A stretch of DNA of 32,000 bases from assembly GCA_046533775.1 (NCBI GenBank), contig JAWDOO010000004.1, forward strand, positions 1 through 32,000, given 5' to 3'. This stretch comes from Candidatus Nanopusillus sp. (GTDB lineage Archaea > Nanobdellota > Nanobdellia > Nanobdellales > Nanobdellaceae). The position numbers were made by a program, and so were the translations under genes. Shown here piece by piece: positions 16,801 through 24,963 of the stretch. Numbering within the stretch: the first letter of the stretch is position 1; every line of letters begins with the position of its first letter. The notes beneath the pieces were generated by a model, which saw only the letters and a list, made by a program, of their open reading frames with translations, was not told where the DNA came from and searched no databases.

Positions 16801-17091
16801 AAAATAGGGTTTGATACAAAATATTATCCAGAATTAGAGGAGGAATGGTTATATAGGGAAATAAGAAGGAGATTACAAGATATAAGAAAAGAAAACAAAT
16901 TAAGAAAAGGTCAGAAGGCAAATATAGAAATATACGCTGATGAAAAGCTATTAAATATAATAAGAAAATATAAAGATACCTTAGAAAAGGATACAGATAC
17001 TGTAATAATAATAAAAGACTCAAATGAAGGTCTAAATAATGTAGAAAAAATATATGAAATGAACATATTTTATAGGCTAAATATTTTATAA
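13864..17091 (+). CDS. ileS: Isoleucyl-tRNA synthetase
   Basis: 1075 aa. GPPYTTGSPHMGHAYN (HIGH region), GFDMHGLPIE, editing-domain motif WTTTPWTL, and KMSKSLGN. Confidence 0.93.
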   Translation: MNMNWNRNIEEEIKKFWKENYIYEKWILKNEKNKRYIFLEGPPYTTGSPHMGHAYNRTIKDIILRYYQKKGFNVWNQAGFDMHGLPIEVKVEENMKIRDKREIEKIGVDKFIKECFNFAYGSMNEFTKFYEDMAHWQDIDNPYLPIKNEFIERVWEALTKGYENKLIYKEKKPVWWCPHCQTSLSKQEIDLGYEDPLYKKEISNSIYVKLKSKDMENTYYIIWTTTPWTLVYNLGIMVNPEIKYVKIKVPKIYVEELELDYNNHKIIKMNIKKENNYEYWIIAKDALEKLMSKLNIEYEIIDEFYGKDLEFKEYEPLFYDELRDYIEKFKSESSGVFRIWLSKEYVNTQEGTGLVHSAPGCGFEDYEVAKKYNVLPFNTTDETGTILDIKYFEGLIAKKDDYKFILEVLKKKALIYFEWYEHDYPICWRCRNRVIVRSPEQIFINVSSMKSKVLLDIENINFIPDAAKNAFINTVKSAPDWVISRQRYWGIPIPMWVDKNGHVKFVRNVKELEKLTGYKFKEIIIVVKFTNYTEKLLSRYFKENKIYYEDEINDINKLYDVFNKYEDKSIIIVNNFKYDILNQINDLYYVRTYGSRDYDIIYLYNYNLHRPYVDKFTFKCEKCGEEMRRIPDILDVWVDSGSATVATNTYPVDFITENYDQIKGWFYSLAMIGELYYNDIPYKNVYVGGYVLDIYGRKMSKSLGNVVSPYDIINKYGADTMRLYLGSIVEAYEDIKLKWEDIKVKYQVLNTLLNISTYLEEYSKYYNINPAKINVENLRWEDRYMLHFIEKSKKEIYNALDNYLIWKAGRILQDMILELSRFYIKATRERIKREPDKVLFVIYKSLYNIINVGSIIIPFISEYIYQKLRNLYGLNEESIILEDLPKVEEQYIDEKIEKEYELFNIIVENALKLRNMLNINIRKPLKTLYLYKDDGGILFEIINNNDIVELLKDYLNVKEIKIDNLEKDYVTAQTDYGIIKIGFDTKYYPELEEEWLYREIRRRLQDIRKENKLRKGQKANIEIYADEKLLNIIRKYKDTLEKDTDTVIIIKDSNEGLNNVEKIYEMNIFYRLNIL

Positions 17092-17115
17092 ATTTTTATT
17101 AAAAATTTATTAAAA

Positions 17116-17709
17116 ATGGTTAAATGGGAGATTTCCAATGCTGTTGTTACAATATATTTTAATGTAAAGTTACCATTAGATAAAATTGCAAATCTAATTC
17201 CTTATGCTCAATACGATCCAGAAACATTTCCTGGATTAATTATACCACTAAAAGAAGGTGGAAGTAAAGAAGAAAATGTTAAAGCATTAGTATTTAATAG
17301 TGGAACAATAAATATATCTGGAATAAAAAGATTAGAAGATATAGAATACGTTGTGGAAAAATTAAGAGAATTATTTAAACAGATTGATATAGAACTTCCA
17401 AAAGATTATAAAATAAAGGTACAGAATATTGTTGTAAATGGAAAATTCGATTATGATAATATAGATATAGTAAGACTGGCAGATGAGATACCAGATTCCC
17501 AATACAATCCAGAAGCTTTTCCAGCTGTTACTGTTGTATTTGATGTATCAGAAAATTATAGAGTAAAATTTAATGTATTTAAAAATGGAAAATTCGTATG
17601 TCCTGGATTGAAAGGTGAATTTAATAGTTTTGATGCAATTAAACAACATGTAGATTATGTATTGAATTCATTCCAAGAAAAAGTAATAAAAAAATATGTA
17701 AAAAAATAG
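17116..17709 (+). CDS. tbp: TATA-box binding protein
   Basis: 197 aa. Two TBP repeats: YDPETFPGLIIPLKE...ALVFNSGTINISG and YNPEAFPAVTVVF...KFNVFKNGKFVCPG. Confidence 0.93.
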   Translation: MVKWEISNAVVTIYFNVKLPLDKIANLIPYAQYDPETFPGLIIPLKEGGSKEENVKALVFNSGTINISGIKRLEDIEYVVEKLRELFKQIDIELPKDYKIKVQNIVVNGKFDYDNIDIVRLADEIPDSQYNPEAFPAVTVVFDVSENYRVKFNVFKNGKFVCPGLKGEFNSFDAIKQHVDYVLNSFQEKVIKKYVKK

Positions 17710-17739
17710 CTTATAAATATATTTCATTATAATAGAACT

Positions 17740-18357
17740 ATGAAAGAATCATCTGGAACAACAATTGTTGCAATAAAATTTAAGGATGGAGTATTAATTG
17801 CATCTGATAGACAAACAACAGCAGGAATGATGGTATATCATAAGAAAACACAGAAATTACATCAAATTACTGATAACATATTAATGGGTGCTGCTGGTTT
17901 GGTTGGTGATATTCAAGCTTTAGTAAAGATATTACAAGCAAATCTAAAATTAAAGTATTTAAGATCGAAAAATGAACCAACTGCAGAAGAGGCTGCAAAT
18001 TTTCTATCAACATTAATGAACTATTATAAATGGTTTCCATTCTTTTCAGAAGTTATAATTGTTGGAAAAGACAATGATGATTACAATATATATTCAATAG
18101 ATGAGGCTGGAGGATTAGAAAAGTTTGATAACTTTACATCCACAGGTTCTGGAATGGTATTTGCTTTGGGTGTATTAGAAACAGAATATAAAGAAAATAT
18201 GAGTGAAGAAGAAGCAAAAGAATTAGCAAAAAAAGCAATATTAGCTGCTATAAAAAGAGATTTGGGATCTGGATATGGTATTGAAATATGGACATTAACA
18301 AAAGAGGGATTTAAGAAAGAACTTTATGAAGTAAAAGAGGAATTACAGAAAAAATAA
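17740..18357 (+). CDS. psmB: Proteasome beta subunit
   Basis: 205 aa. A short propeptide MKESSG precedes the catalytic Thr in TTIVAIKFKDGVLIASDRQTT. Confidence 0.9.
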   Translation: MKESSGTTIVAIKFKDGVLIASDRQTTAGMMVYHKKTQKLHQITDNILMGAAGLVGDIQALVKILQANLKLKYLRSKNEPTAEEAANFLSTLMNYYKWFPFFSEVIIVGKDNDDYNIYSIDEAGGLEKFDNFTSTGSGMVFALGVLETEYKENMSEEEAKELAKKAILAAIKRDLGSGYGIEIWTLTKEGFKKELYEVKEELQKK

Positions 18358-18401
18358 TTTTTAAATTTTATAATTAATTATAAAAGGTATTTAAATTATT
18401 T

Positions 18402-20255
18402 ATGATGAATATTAAGGAAGAATTATTAAAGGAATTTCAATCAAAGGATATAAATAAGATAATATTTGAAGGACCAAAGATAGTGATATATGTAAATAAT
18501 ATAGATCTATTTATAAGAGGGATTGAAATAGGAAAAAATCTAGCACAGAAGTATAAAAAAAGAATTGAAATAAGAATAAATCCAAGATTATTGAAGGATG
18601 AAGAATACATTAAGGAAAAGGCAAAAGAAATATTAAATGGAATAAAAATAAAGGATATATATCTTGAAAGACATAGATCTATATTATATATTGAGACATA
18701 TGAACCAGAAAAAATTGATTTAAATTTAATTAACAAATTGAGAGAAGAAACACTATGTAATATTATAATACAGAGGGCACCATTAAAATCTTCAAAAATA
18801 ATAAATGTTATCAGGTCATATTTACATAAAAATTCTTTATATAAATCTGAATTTTTAAATAGGATTGGAGAAAAAATATTGGAAAGAAAACCACAAAGAT
18901 TAGATCATTATAGAATTGTTTTTTTAGGTGCCGGAAGGGAAGTTGGAAGATCTTCGTTTTTATTACAAACAAAGGAAAGCAATATTTTATTAGATTGTGG
19001 CCTAGGTGCAGGAAATTATTCAGAAGATAAATATCCAATATTAAATATCCCAGAATTCGATATACAAAATCTAGATGCTGTAATTATTTCACATGCCCAT
19101 TTAGATCATGTTGGATTTGTCCCATATTTATTTAGAATTGGATGGAGGGGGCCTGTATATTTAACAGAACCAACAAGAGATATTGCAGCTCTAGTTTTGT
19201 TAGATTATTTAAAAGTAAGCAATAAACAAAGTAAAAATCCAATATTTACAACAAAAGAAATTAAACTATTTTTAAAACATTCTATTACATTAAATTATTC
19301 TGAAGTAACTGATATAACTGGTGATATAAAAATATCATTCCACAATGCAAATCATATAATAGGATCTTCAATGGTTCATATAAATATTGAAGGAAAACAT
19401 AATATATTATATACTGGAGATTATAGATTTAATAAAATGCCTTTATTAGAAAGACCAAATACAATATATCAAAGATTGGAAACATTAATAATTGAAAGTA
19501 CATATGGTGGATTTAATGACAAACATCCATCAAGGGAAGAAACTGAAGCATTATTCATTCATGATATAAAGGAAACAATTGAAAGGGGTGGAAAAGTATT
19601 AATACCAGTATTAGCAGTTGGAAGAGGACAGGATGTTTTATTAACATTACTAAATGCAATTGAAAATAAAATATTGCCAGAAGTAAATATATATTTAGAA
19701 GGAATTGTCTGGGAAACATCAATGATTCATACAGCATATCCAGAATTTTTAAGTAAAGAAATTAGGGAAAAGATAGAATCTGGAAAAAACCCTTTTGAAA
19801 GAGAAAATGTAATAAGAGCAAGTAAAAAAGAAAGAGAACAAATTGTAACATCAAAAGAACCTTCAATAATAATTGCAACATCTGGTATGATGCAAGGTGG
19901 TCCTATATTAGATTATTTTAGTTATGCTGCAGAAGATGAAAAGAATTTATTAGCTTTTGTTTCATATCAAGCACAAGGTACTTTGGGTAGAACAATATTA
20001 GATGGACAAAGAGAAATTATATTGAATGATAGAAAAATAAATATAAAAATGAAGATAAATAAATATGAGGGCTTTTCTGGTCATGCAGATCATTTTGAAT
20101 CAATATCTTTTATCAAATATCTAAGACCAAAACCAAAACAGGTTATTACAGTACATGGTGAAATACCAAAACCATATGAACTAGCATCAAAAATATATAG
20201 AAAATTTGGGATATATTCTTATGCGCCAAAGAATGGTGATATAATTAAATTATAA
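18402..20255 (+). CDS. aCPSF1-type beta-CASP ribonuclease with N-terminal KH domains
   Basis: 617 aa. Metallo-beta-lactamase motif ISHAHLDHVG and the downstream beta-CASP region (GFSGHAD). The roughly 170-aa N-terminal extension is typical of KH-containing aCPSF1. Confidence 0.9.
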   Translation: MMNIKEELLKEFQSKDINKIIFEGPKIVIYVNNIDLFIRGIEIGKNLAQKYKKRIEIRINPRLLKDEEYIKEKAKEILNGIKIKDIYLERHRSILYIETYEPEKIDLNLINKLREETLCNIIIQRAPLKSSKIINVIRSYLHKNSLYKSEFLNRIGEKILERKPQRLDHYRIVFLGAGREVGRSSFLLQTKESNILLDCGLGAGNYSEDKYPILNIPEFDIQNLDAVIISHAHLDHVGFVPYLFRIGWRGPVYLTEPTRDIAALVLLDYLKVSNKQSKNPIFTTKEIKLFLKHSITLNYSEVTDITGDIKISFHNANHIIGSSMVHINIEGKHNILYTGDYRFNKMPLLERPNTIYQRLETLIIESTYGGFNDKHPSREETEALFIHDIKETIERGGKVLIPVLAVGRGQDVLLTLLNAIENKILPEVNIYLEGIVWETSMIHTAYPEFLSKEIREKIESGKNPFERENVIRASKKEREQIVTSKEPSIIIATSGMMQGGPILDYFSYAAEDEKNLLAFVSYQAQGTLGRTILDGQREIILNDRKINIKMKINKYEGFSGHADHFESISFIKYLRPKPKQVITVHGEIPKPYELASKIYRKFGIYSYAPKNGDIIKL

Positions 20256-20277
20256 AAATTTTTTAAAAGAAAAATAA

Positions 20278-20892
20278 ATGATTAAAAAATATAGATATAT
20301 TGCAATTGATGGGATAGATGGTTCTGGAAAAACAACAATTGCAAATTTACTATATAATGAATTATCTAAAAGGTATAATAAGATAATATTAATGAAAGAA
20401 CCATATGATAATGATTTATCCAAAAAAATAAAAGAAATAATTTTAAAAGAACATGAAAAAAATTTCGATAATGGATATTTATTAGCACTATTATTTACTG
20501 CTGATAGAAGTATAAAAAATATTGATTTAAAGAAATATTTAAATAACAATTATATTGTTATTTCTGATAGAAGTATTTACTCCACATTTTCTTATCAAAT
20601 TTTATATGAAGGTATAAGTATTGAATGGTTAAAATGCGTATCAAAATATATAATTAGACCCGACATTACTTTTATATTAGATGTTGATCCAAAAATTGCA
20701 GTAGAGAGAATAAATTCAAGGGGTAAAAATATTACAAGTTATGAAAATATTGAAGTTTTAAGAAAAGTAAGAGAAAATTTCTTAAAATTAAAGGAAATAT
20801 TTCCCAATGATAATATAATTTATATTGACGGAGAAGAAAAACCAGAAAAAATATTGGAAAAAATATTAAATATAATTGAAAACCATATTTAA
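20278..20892 (+). CDS. tmk: Thymidylate kinase
   Basis: 204 aa. P-loop IAIDGIDGSGKTT and the DR-containing motif ISDRSIYS. Confidence 0.88.
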   Translation: MIKKYRYIAIDGIDGSGKTTIANLLYNELSKRYNKIILMKEPYDNDLSKKIKEIILKEHEKNFDNGYLLALLFTADRSIKNIDLKKYLNNNYIVISDRSIYSTFSYQILYEGISIEWLKCVSKYIIRPDITFILDVDPKIAVERINSRGKNITSYENIEVLRKVRENFLKLKEIFPNDNIIYIDGEEKPEKILEKILNIIENHI

Positions 20893-20980
20893 ACATTCTT
20901 CTATATTTAACCACATCTAAACTTTACCATAATCTCTAAATTAAAAACCTGAACACTTAAATTATTTTTAGTATTTGATA

Positions 20981-21475
20981 TTATGGATTCAATAATCCAT
21001 AAAAATTAGTCATAGAACTGAAAAAATAGTAAAAGATAAAAGATAAAATTATAGAAAATACTGCATCTGATAACCAATGTTTTAAAGTAATAATTCTCAG
21101 TATTGGCGTTATCAATACTAAAATATTTCCAGTTATTATAAAAGATAAAATTGCAATAATAGTATGCCCGCTTGGGAAAGAATGATTCTCATAAACTAAT
21201 ATAGCAAATCTTTTGTCAAAGAAATAATATGGTCTCTTCCTATTAAATATTAATTTTAACAAATAAATTATTGTAGCAGATATAATAAAAAGGAAAATAT
21301 AACTAAAATTGATGAAAAATATTATATATGAAATGAAAAATAAATTTATTAAATATGAGATTGCATCAATTATATAAATAATAGCTAATCTATCCATTAA
21401 TTTTTTATAAAAAAATTCAGATATTTTATAATCAATCATAAACATTTTATTAAAGAATGTTTGATCATTTATCAT
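20981..21475 (-). CDS. PAP2-family membrane phosphatase (polyprenyl-diphosphate phosphatase-like)
   Basis: 164 aa, multi-TM. PAP2 motifs NRKRPYYF, SFPSGHT and KHWLSD. Confidence 0.8.
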   Translation of the reverse strand: MINDQTFFNKMFMIDYKISEFFYKKLMDRLAIIYIIDAISYLINLFFISYIIFFINFSYIFLFIISATIIYLLKLIFNRKRPYYFFDKRFAILVYENHSFPSGHTIIAILSFIITGNILVLITPILRIITLKHWLSDAVFSIILSFIFYYFFSSMTNFYGLLNP

Positions 21476-21580
21476 AAAACTTCTATATGAATTGAAATTT
21501 TTTAATATTCTTTATTATGATTATACTTCAATGAGAATTTGAACATAATGAAGGTTCATACTTTATAAGCATCATCTATA

Positions 21581-21680
21581 TTTAAAATTTATAAATTTCA
21601 AAGTAGATATAATAAAACCTTTTCAAAATTTGGATTTTATGTGCTTTATATATACTACTTTGAAATTTATAAATTTTAAA
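21581..21680. repeat. Perfect 26-bp inverted repeat with a 48-bp spacer
   Basis: TTTAAAATTTATAAATTTCAAAGTAG (21581-21606) is the exact reverse complement of CTACTTTGAAATTTATAAATTTTAAA (21655-21680), verified base by base. Confidence 0.9.
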
Positions 21681-21956
21681 TTAGTTAAATATATAAGAGT
21701 TTTATTTTTAATTTATAAGAATTTGCTTATATTAATGAGAAATATTTATATTAGTAGTTACCTATGAAAAAATAAATTCCAAAGATGAAACAACTATTCA
21801 GAGGTTATATTACACTTTTTATATATTCAAAATAGGATGCTTGTTATACCAAATTTTTATAAAAATGGTATATTTATTATACCAAATATTCAAGATTTTG
21901 TTATATATATAAAACAATATCGACGGATTTTGTTTCATAAATTATAAAAAATTATA

Positions 21957-22367
21957 TCACAGTTCCAAAACTTTTATATTGTATTTTTTAGCTATTTTTT
22001 TCAAATCTTCATCATAAGTAATAAATGGACAATTTAATCTTTTAACAATAGATAATAAAATAAAATCATTTAAATTACTTTTGTTTAATTTTTTATTATT
22101 TTCTCTCATCATCTTTAAAGCTTCTTTAACATCTTTAATTTTTATATTTTCTATTTCAAATAATTCTAAGTTATTTATTACTCTATAAATAGTATCAATA
22201 TCATCTACATATTCTATTAAAATCCCTAAAAATTCATAAACAACTATTTCTGGCAATATAATATCATAACTAGTTAATATGTCTAGACTTTTTTGATGAT
22301 CTTCATAATCTTCAAATGTTGCCCTAACTAAAACATTCGTATCAACGACTATTCTTTCTTTTTCCAT
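21957..22367 (-). CDS. vapC: VapC-like PIN-domain toxin
   Basis: 136 aa. N-terminal VVDTNVLV with the first PIN acidic residue, and C-terminal FITYDEDL. It is paired with an upstream AbrB-type antitoxin. Confidence 0.8.
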   Translation of the reverse strand: MEKERIVVDTNVLVRATFEDYEDHQKSLDILTSYDIILPEIVVYEFLGILIEYVDDIDTIYRVINNLELFEIENIKIKDVKEALKMMRENNKKLNKSNLNDFILLSIVKRLNCPFITYDEDLKKIAKKYNIKVLEL

Positions 22368-22612
22368 CTTTTTATTTCTGGATATTCTTCTTCAATAATA
22401 TCTTTATCATATTTTTCTATAGCTTTATTTATATCTTCTTGAGTTAATTTTTTACCTAATCTTAATTTTACCCATTCTATTGGTTTAATAATTATAGCAT
22501 TATTTTTTTCATCTTCTTCTACTATTAAATATTGACCCTCTCTTATATTTAACTTTTTCCTAATTTTTGCTGGTATAGTTATTTGATAATTTCTAGTAAC
22601 TTTTACTTTCAT
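22349..22612 (-). CDS. vapB: VapB-like antitoxin, AbrB/SpoVT fold
   Basis: 87 aa. MKVKVTRNYQITIPAKIRKKLNIREGQYLIV is a typical SpoVT/AbrB swapped-hairpin motif. It overlaps vapC by 19 nt. Confidence 0.8.
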   Translation of the reverse strand: MKVKVTRNYQITIPAKIRKKLNIREGQYLIVEEDEKNNAIIIKPIEWVKLRLGKKLTQEDINKAIEKYDKDIIEEEYPEIKRWKKKE

Positions 22613-22746
22613 ACTATATTAATATATACCCTTACCTATAAATTTTATATTCATATAATATTCTTCCTATTTACCTATTTCAACTTAAATAATTGTAATG
22701 ATTTGATTTTTAAAATATTAAAAATAAATAATTGGCAAATTAAAAA

Positions 22747-23148
22747 TTATATTCTAAATTGGCCTCCCTGACCTCCTGGATAATTTGGATATCCTGGATA
22801 TTGCTGCGGTAACATTCTCTGTCTCATCATTTGTTGTCTACTATAATTCCTTGCTATTCGATTTAAATCCCTTTGTACTAAATATGGCATAATTATACCT
22901 ACAAATAAAAATATTATAAAGTATATTAATATACTATCTTTTTTAGTAACATAAGCCCACCCTTCTGTATACTTATATAGCCAAAATATATTCAATATTG
23001 GTATAAATGCTAGTATAAACGATGGTATATTTGCTCCCAATTCATTCAATTCATTTTTTGTCTCATACATCCAATATAAAAAGTATATCCCAAGTGTTAC
23101 AAAACCAAATATATAAATAAGAAGTATATTTCTTTCTTGTGGAGGCAT
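22747..23148 (-). CDS. DUF4234-like small membrane protein with a Q/P/G/Y-rich tail
   Basis: 133 aa. The motif VTLGIYFLYWMYETKNELN resembles the GIY..YW.Y signature I recall for DUF4234. It has 3-4 TM helices and the C-terminal tail RQQMMRQRMLPQQYPGYPNYPGGQGGQFRI. Confidence 0.55.
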   Translation of the reverse strand: MPPQERNILLIYIFGFVTLGIYFLYWMYETKNELNELGANIPSFILAFIPILNIFWLYKYTEGWAYVTKKDSILIYFIIFLFVGIIMPYLVQRDLNRIARNYSRQQMMRQRMLPQQYPGYPNYPGGQGGQFRI

Positions 23149-23184
23149 TTAATTTTATTTTTTACTTTATTTATAAATGTTTTG

Positions 23185-24963
23185 CTAATTGATCTTATAT
23201 TTTTTTATATTTAAATAATCTTTAATAAAATTATACAACTCTTTACCAATCTTTTTCTCATTTTCCTTCATAACTTTAGACAGATCTTTTATTATTTCAA
23301 TATTTTCTTCAATTATTTTTTCCTTTAAATTTATATCTGGTTTGATTTCTAATTTCTCTAAATTTTCTTCCATTTTTCTTGTAAAGTTTATATCTAAAAT
23401 ATCTGGATAATATTTCTCAAATATTTCAACAATTTTTTTACCTAATTCAGTGATTTTTATTGATTTACCTTCTACATATCTTCTTTTAAATAATATTTCA
23501 ACAATGTCTGCCCTTGTACTTTTTGTTCCTAGATTCAATTCTTCCATTTTTTTAACTAAGGAAGCTTTATTGTATCTTGCTGGTGGTTTTGTTTTTTTCT
23601 TTAATATATAAACTTTATCTATAAACAACTTTTCTCCAACATTAAATTTTAAAGAAATAAAATTATCCTTATATTTTTCCCAATAAATATCCAACCATCC
23701 TTTATATTTTATATCATAATAATCATAAACAAAATTTTCTTTTGTAATAACATTTATTTTATATACTATTGCTGGATCATAAAATGTAGCAATAAATCTT
23801 CTAACTACTAAATCGTAAATTAATTTTTCCTTATATTCTAAATATTCTGGAATATTTCCTGTAGGGTGTATTGCTGGATGTACATCATCTTTAGATCCAT
23901 TGTTTGGTTTTAAAATTTGTTTTTCCAATAAAAGAACAATATACTTTTTATAAGAATTTATTAATGATAAATTTGATAATATTTCTTTAAAATTAATTGT
24001 TTCTGGTAATCTTTGAGAGGATGTTCTTGGATAAGAAACATAACCCTTTTCATATAAAGATTGTAAAATATCTAAAGTTCTTTTTGGACTAATTTTATAA
24101 TATTTATATGCATCCATCTGTATATCTGTTAAATTATATGGATGTGGTGAATTTATTTTTTCCTCTTTTTTATCTACATTATTAACAATTAAGTATTTTT
24201 CTAAATTATTTTTTATTTTGTTTGCTTCATCTTTATCCTTTATTTTGTCTTTTATATATGAGAATTTTAATTTTTTATTATCTTTTATAACCAAAGCTTC
24301 AACTTTGTAATATTCTTCAGGTTTAAAATTTTCAATTTCTCTTTCTCTATTAAATACTAACATTAATGTTGGGCCTTGAACCCTTCCAATGCTTAAAACA
24401 AACTTTCTAGTATAATAAAATAAAGACCTTGTTAATGCTCTAGATAGATTTATACCATATAACCAATCAATTATATGTCTTGTCTCTCCAGCATATATAT
24501 ATCCAAAATTTAAACTTTCTTTCCTATTATTAAAAGCTCTTACAATATCTTTATATGTTATTGCAGAAAATATCATTCTATTTGCATTTTCTTTATTTAA
24601 TATATATCTTAAAATATTATAACCTATTAATTCTCCTTCTATATCGTAATCTGTTGCAATTATTATATTATTTTCATTTCTAAATTTACTGAACATTTCA
24701 ATATAATATTTCTTTGCAATAATTCTATCCTCAAAATATGATGGAACCCATCTATAATTGAACGTAGGATAGTCATATTTTTTATCTAAATCTGATAATG
24801 TAAATAAATGACCGATTGACGGAACAACATATACATTTTTTCCCTCCAGATTGAAATAATAATAGTATATATATTTTGAAAATTTTATTGTTTTATATTT
24901 ATTATTTGATAAAAACGATGAAATCTTTCTAGCTACAGAAGGTTTTTCTGCAATTATTAACAT
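23185..24963 (-). CDS. topA: Type IA DNA topoisomerase (TopA/Topo III-like), no zinc ribbon
   Basis: 592 aa. Toprim motifs LIIAEKPS and TDYDIEGELIG, active-site Tyr context GYVSYPRTSSQRL, and HPAIHPTG. The protein contains no cysteine at all. Confidence 0.9.
   Translation of the reverse strand: MLIIAEKPSVARKISSFLSNNKYKTIKFSKYIYYYYFNLEGKNVYVVPSIGHLFTLSDLDKKYDYPTFNYRWVPSYFEDRIIAKKYYIEMFSKFRNENNIIIATDYDIEGELIGYNILRYILNKENANRMIFSAITYKDIVRAFNNRKESLNFGYIYAGETRHIIDWLYGINLSRALTRSLFYYTRKFVLSIGRVQGPTLMLVFNREREIENFKPEEYYKVEALVIKDNKKLKFSYIKDKIKDKDEANKIKNNLEKYLIVNNVDKKEEKINSPHPYNLTDIQMDAYKYYKISPKRTLDILQSLYEKGYVSYPRTSSQRLPETINFKEILSNLSLINSYKKYIVLLLEKQILKPNNGSKDDVHPAIHPTGNIPEYLEYKEKLIYDLVVRRFIATFYDPAIVYKINVITKENFVYDYYDIKYKGWLDIYWEKYKDNFISLKFNVGEKLFIDKVYILKKKTKPPARYNKASLVKKMEELNLGTKSTRADIVEILFKRRYVEGKSIKITELGKKIVEIFEKYYPDILDINFTRKMEENLEKLEIKPDINLKEKIIEENIEIIKDLSKVMKENEKKIGKELYNFIKDYLNIKKYKIN

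Noticed and set aside
16571-17023. ORFs 16571..16780 and 16796..17023 (-).
   Set aside because: They are antisense shadows inside IleRS and are low complexity.
18437-19737. ORFs 18437..18736, 18811..19038 and 19555..19737 (-).
   Set aside because: They are antisense to the aCPSF1 gene.
20250-20914. ORFs 20250..20549 and 20732..20914 (-).
   Set aside because: They are antisense to thymidylate kinase.
21639-21767. 42-aa ORF (MCFIYTTLKFINFKLVKYIRVLFLIYKNLLILMRNIYISSYL) in the 481-bp gap.
   Set aside because: It runs through one arm of the 26-bp inverted repeat and has a composition expected by chance. The DNA repeat explains the sequence better.
21476-21956. C/D box sRNA or another structured ncRNA, and ORB-type origin boxes, in the large gap.
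   Set aside because: I found only weak matches to C-box (RUGAUGA) strings and no properly spaced CUGA D boxes. The region is AT-rich, whereas the tRNAs show that structured RNAs here are GC-rich. I found no ORB-like element and no orc1/cdc6 gene nearby. The origin idea remains only a low-probability alternative.
22583-22771. 62-aa ORF (+) spanning the region upstream of vapB.
   Set aside because: It overlaps the vapB start and the DUF4234-like gene end on the opposite strand. It is low complexity, and the region is more plausibly the vapBC promoter.
23185-24963. The topoisomerase half of a split reverse gyrase, as in Nanoarchaeum equitans.
   Set aside because: The N-terminus LIIAEKPS and the SYPRT active-site context look like TopA/Topo III-type enzymes rather than the reverse gyrase topoisomerase module. 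No helicase half is adjacent. A phylogeny would be needed to be certain.
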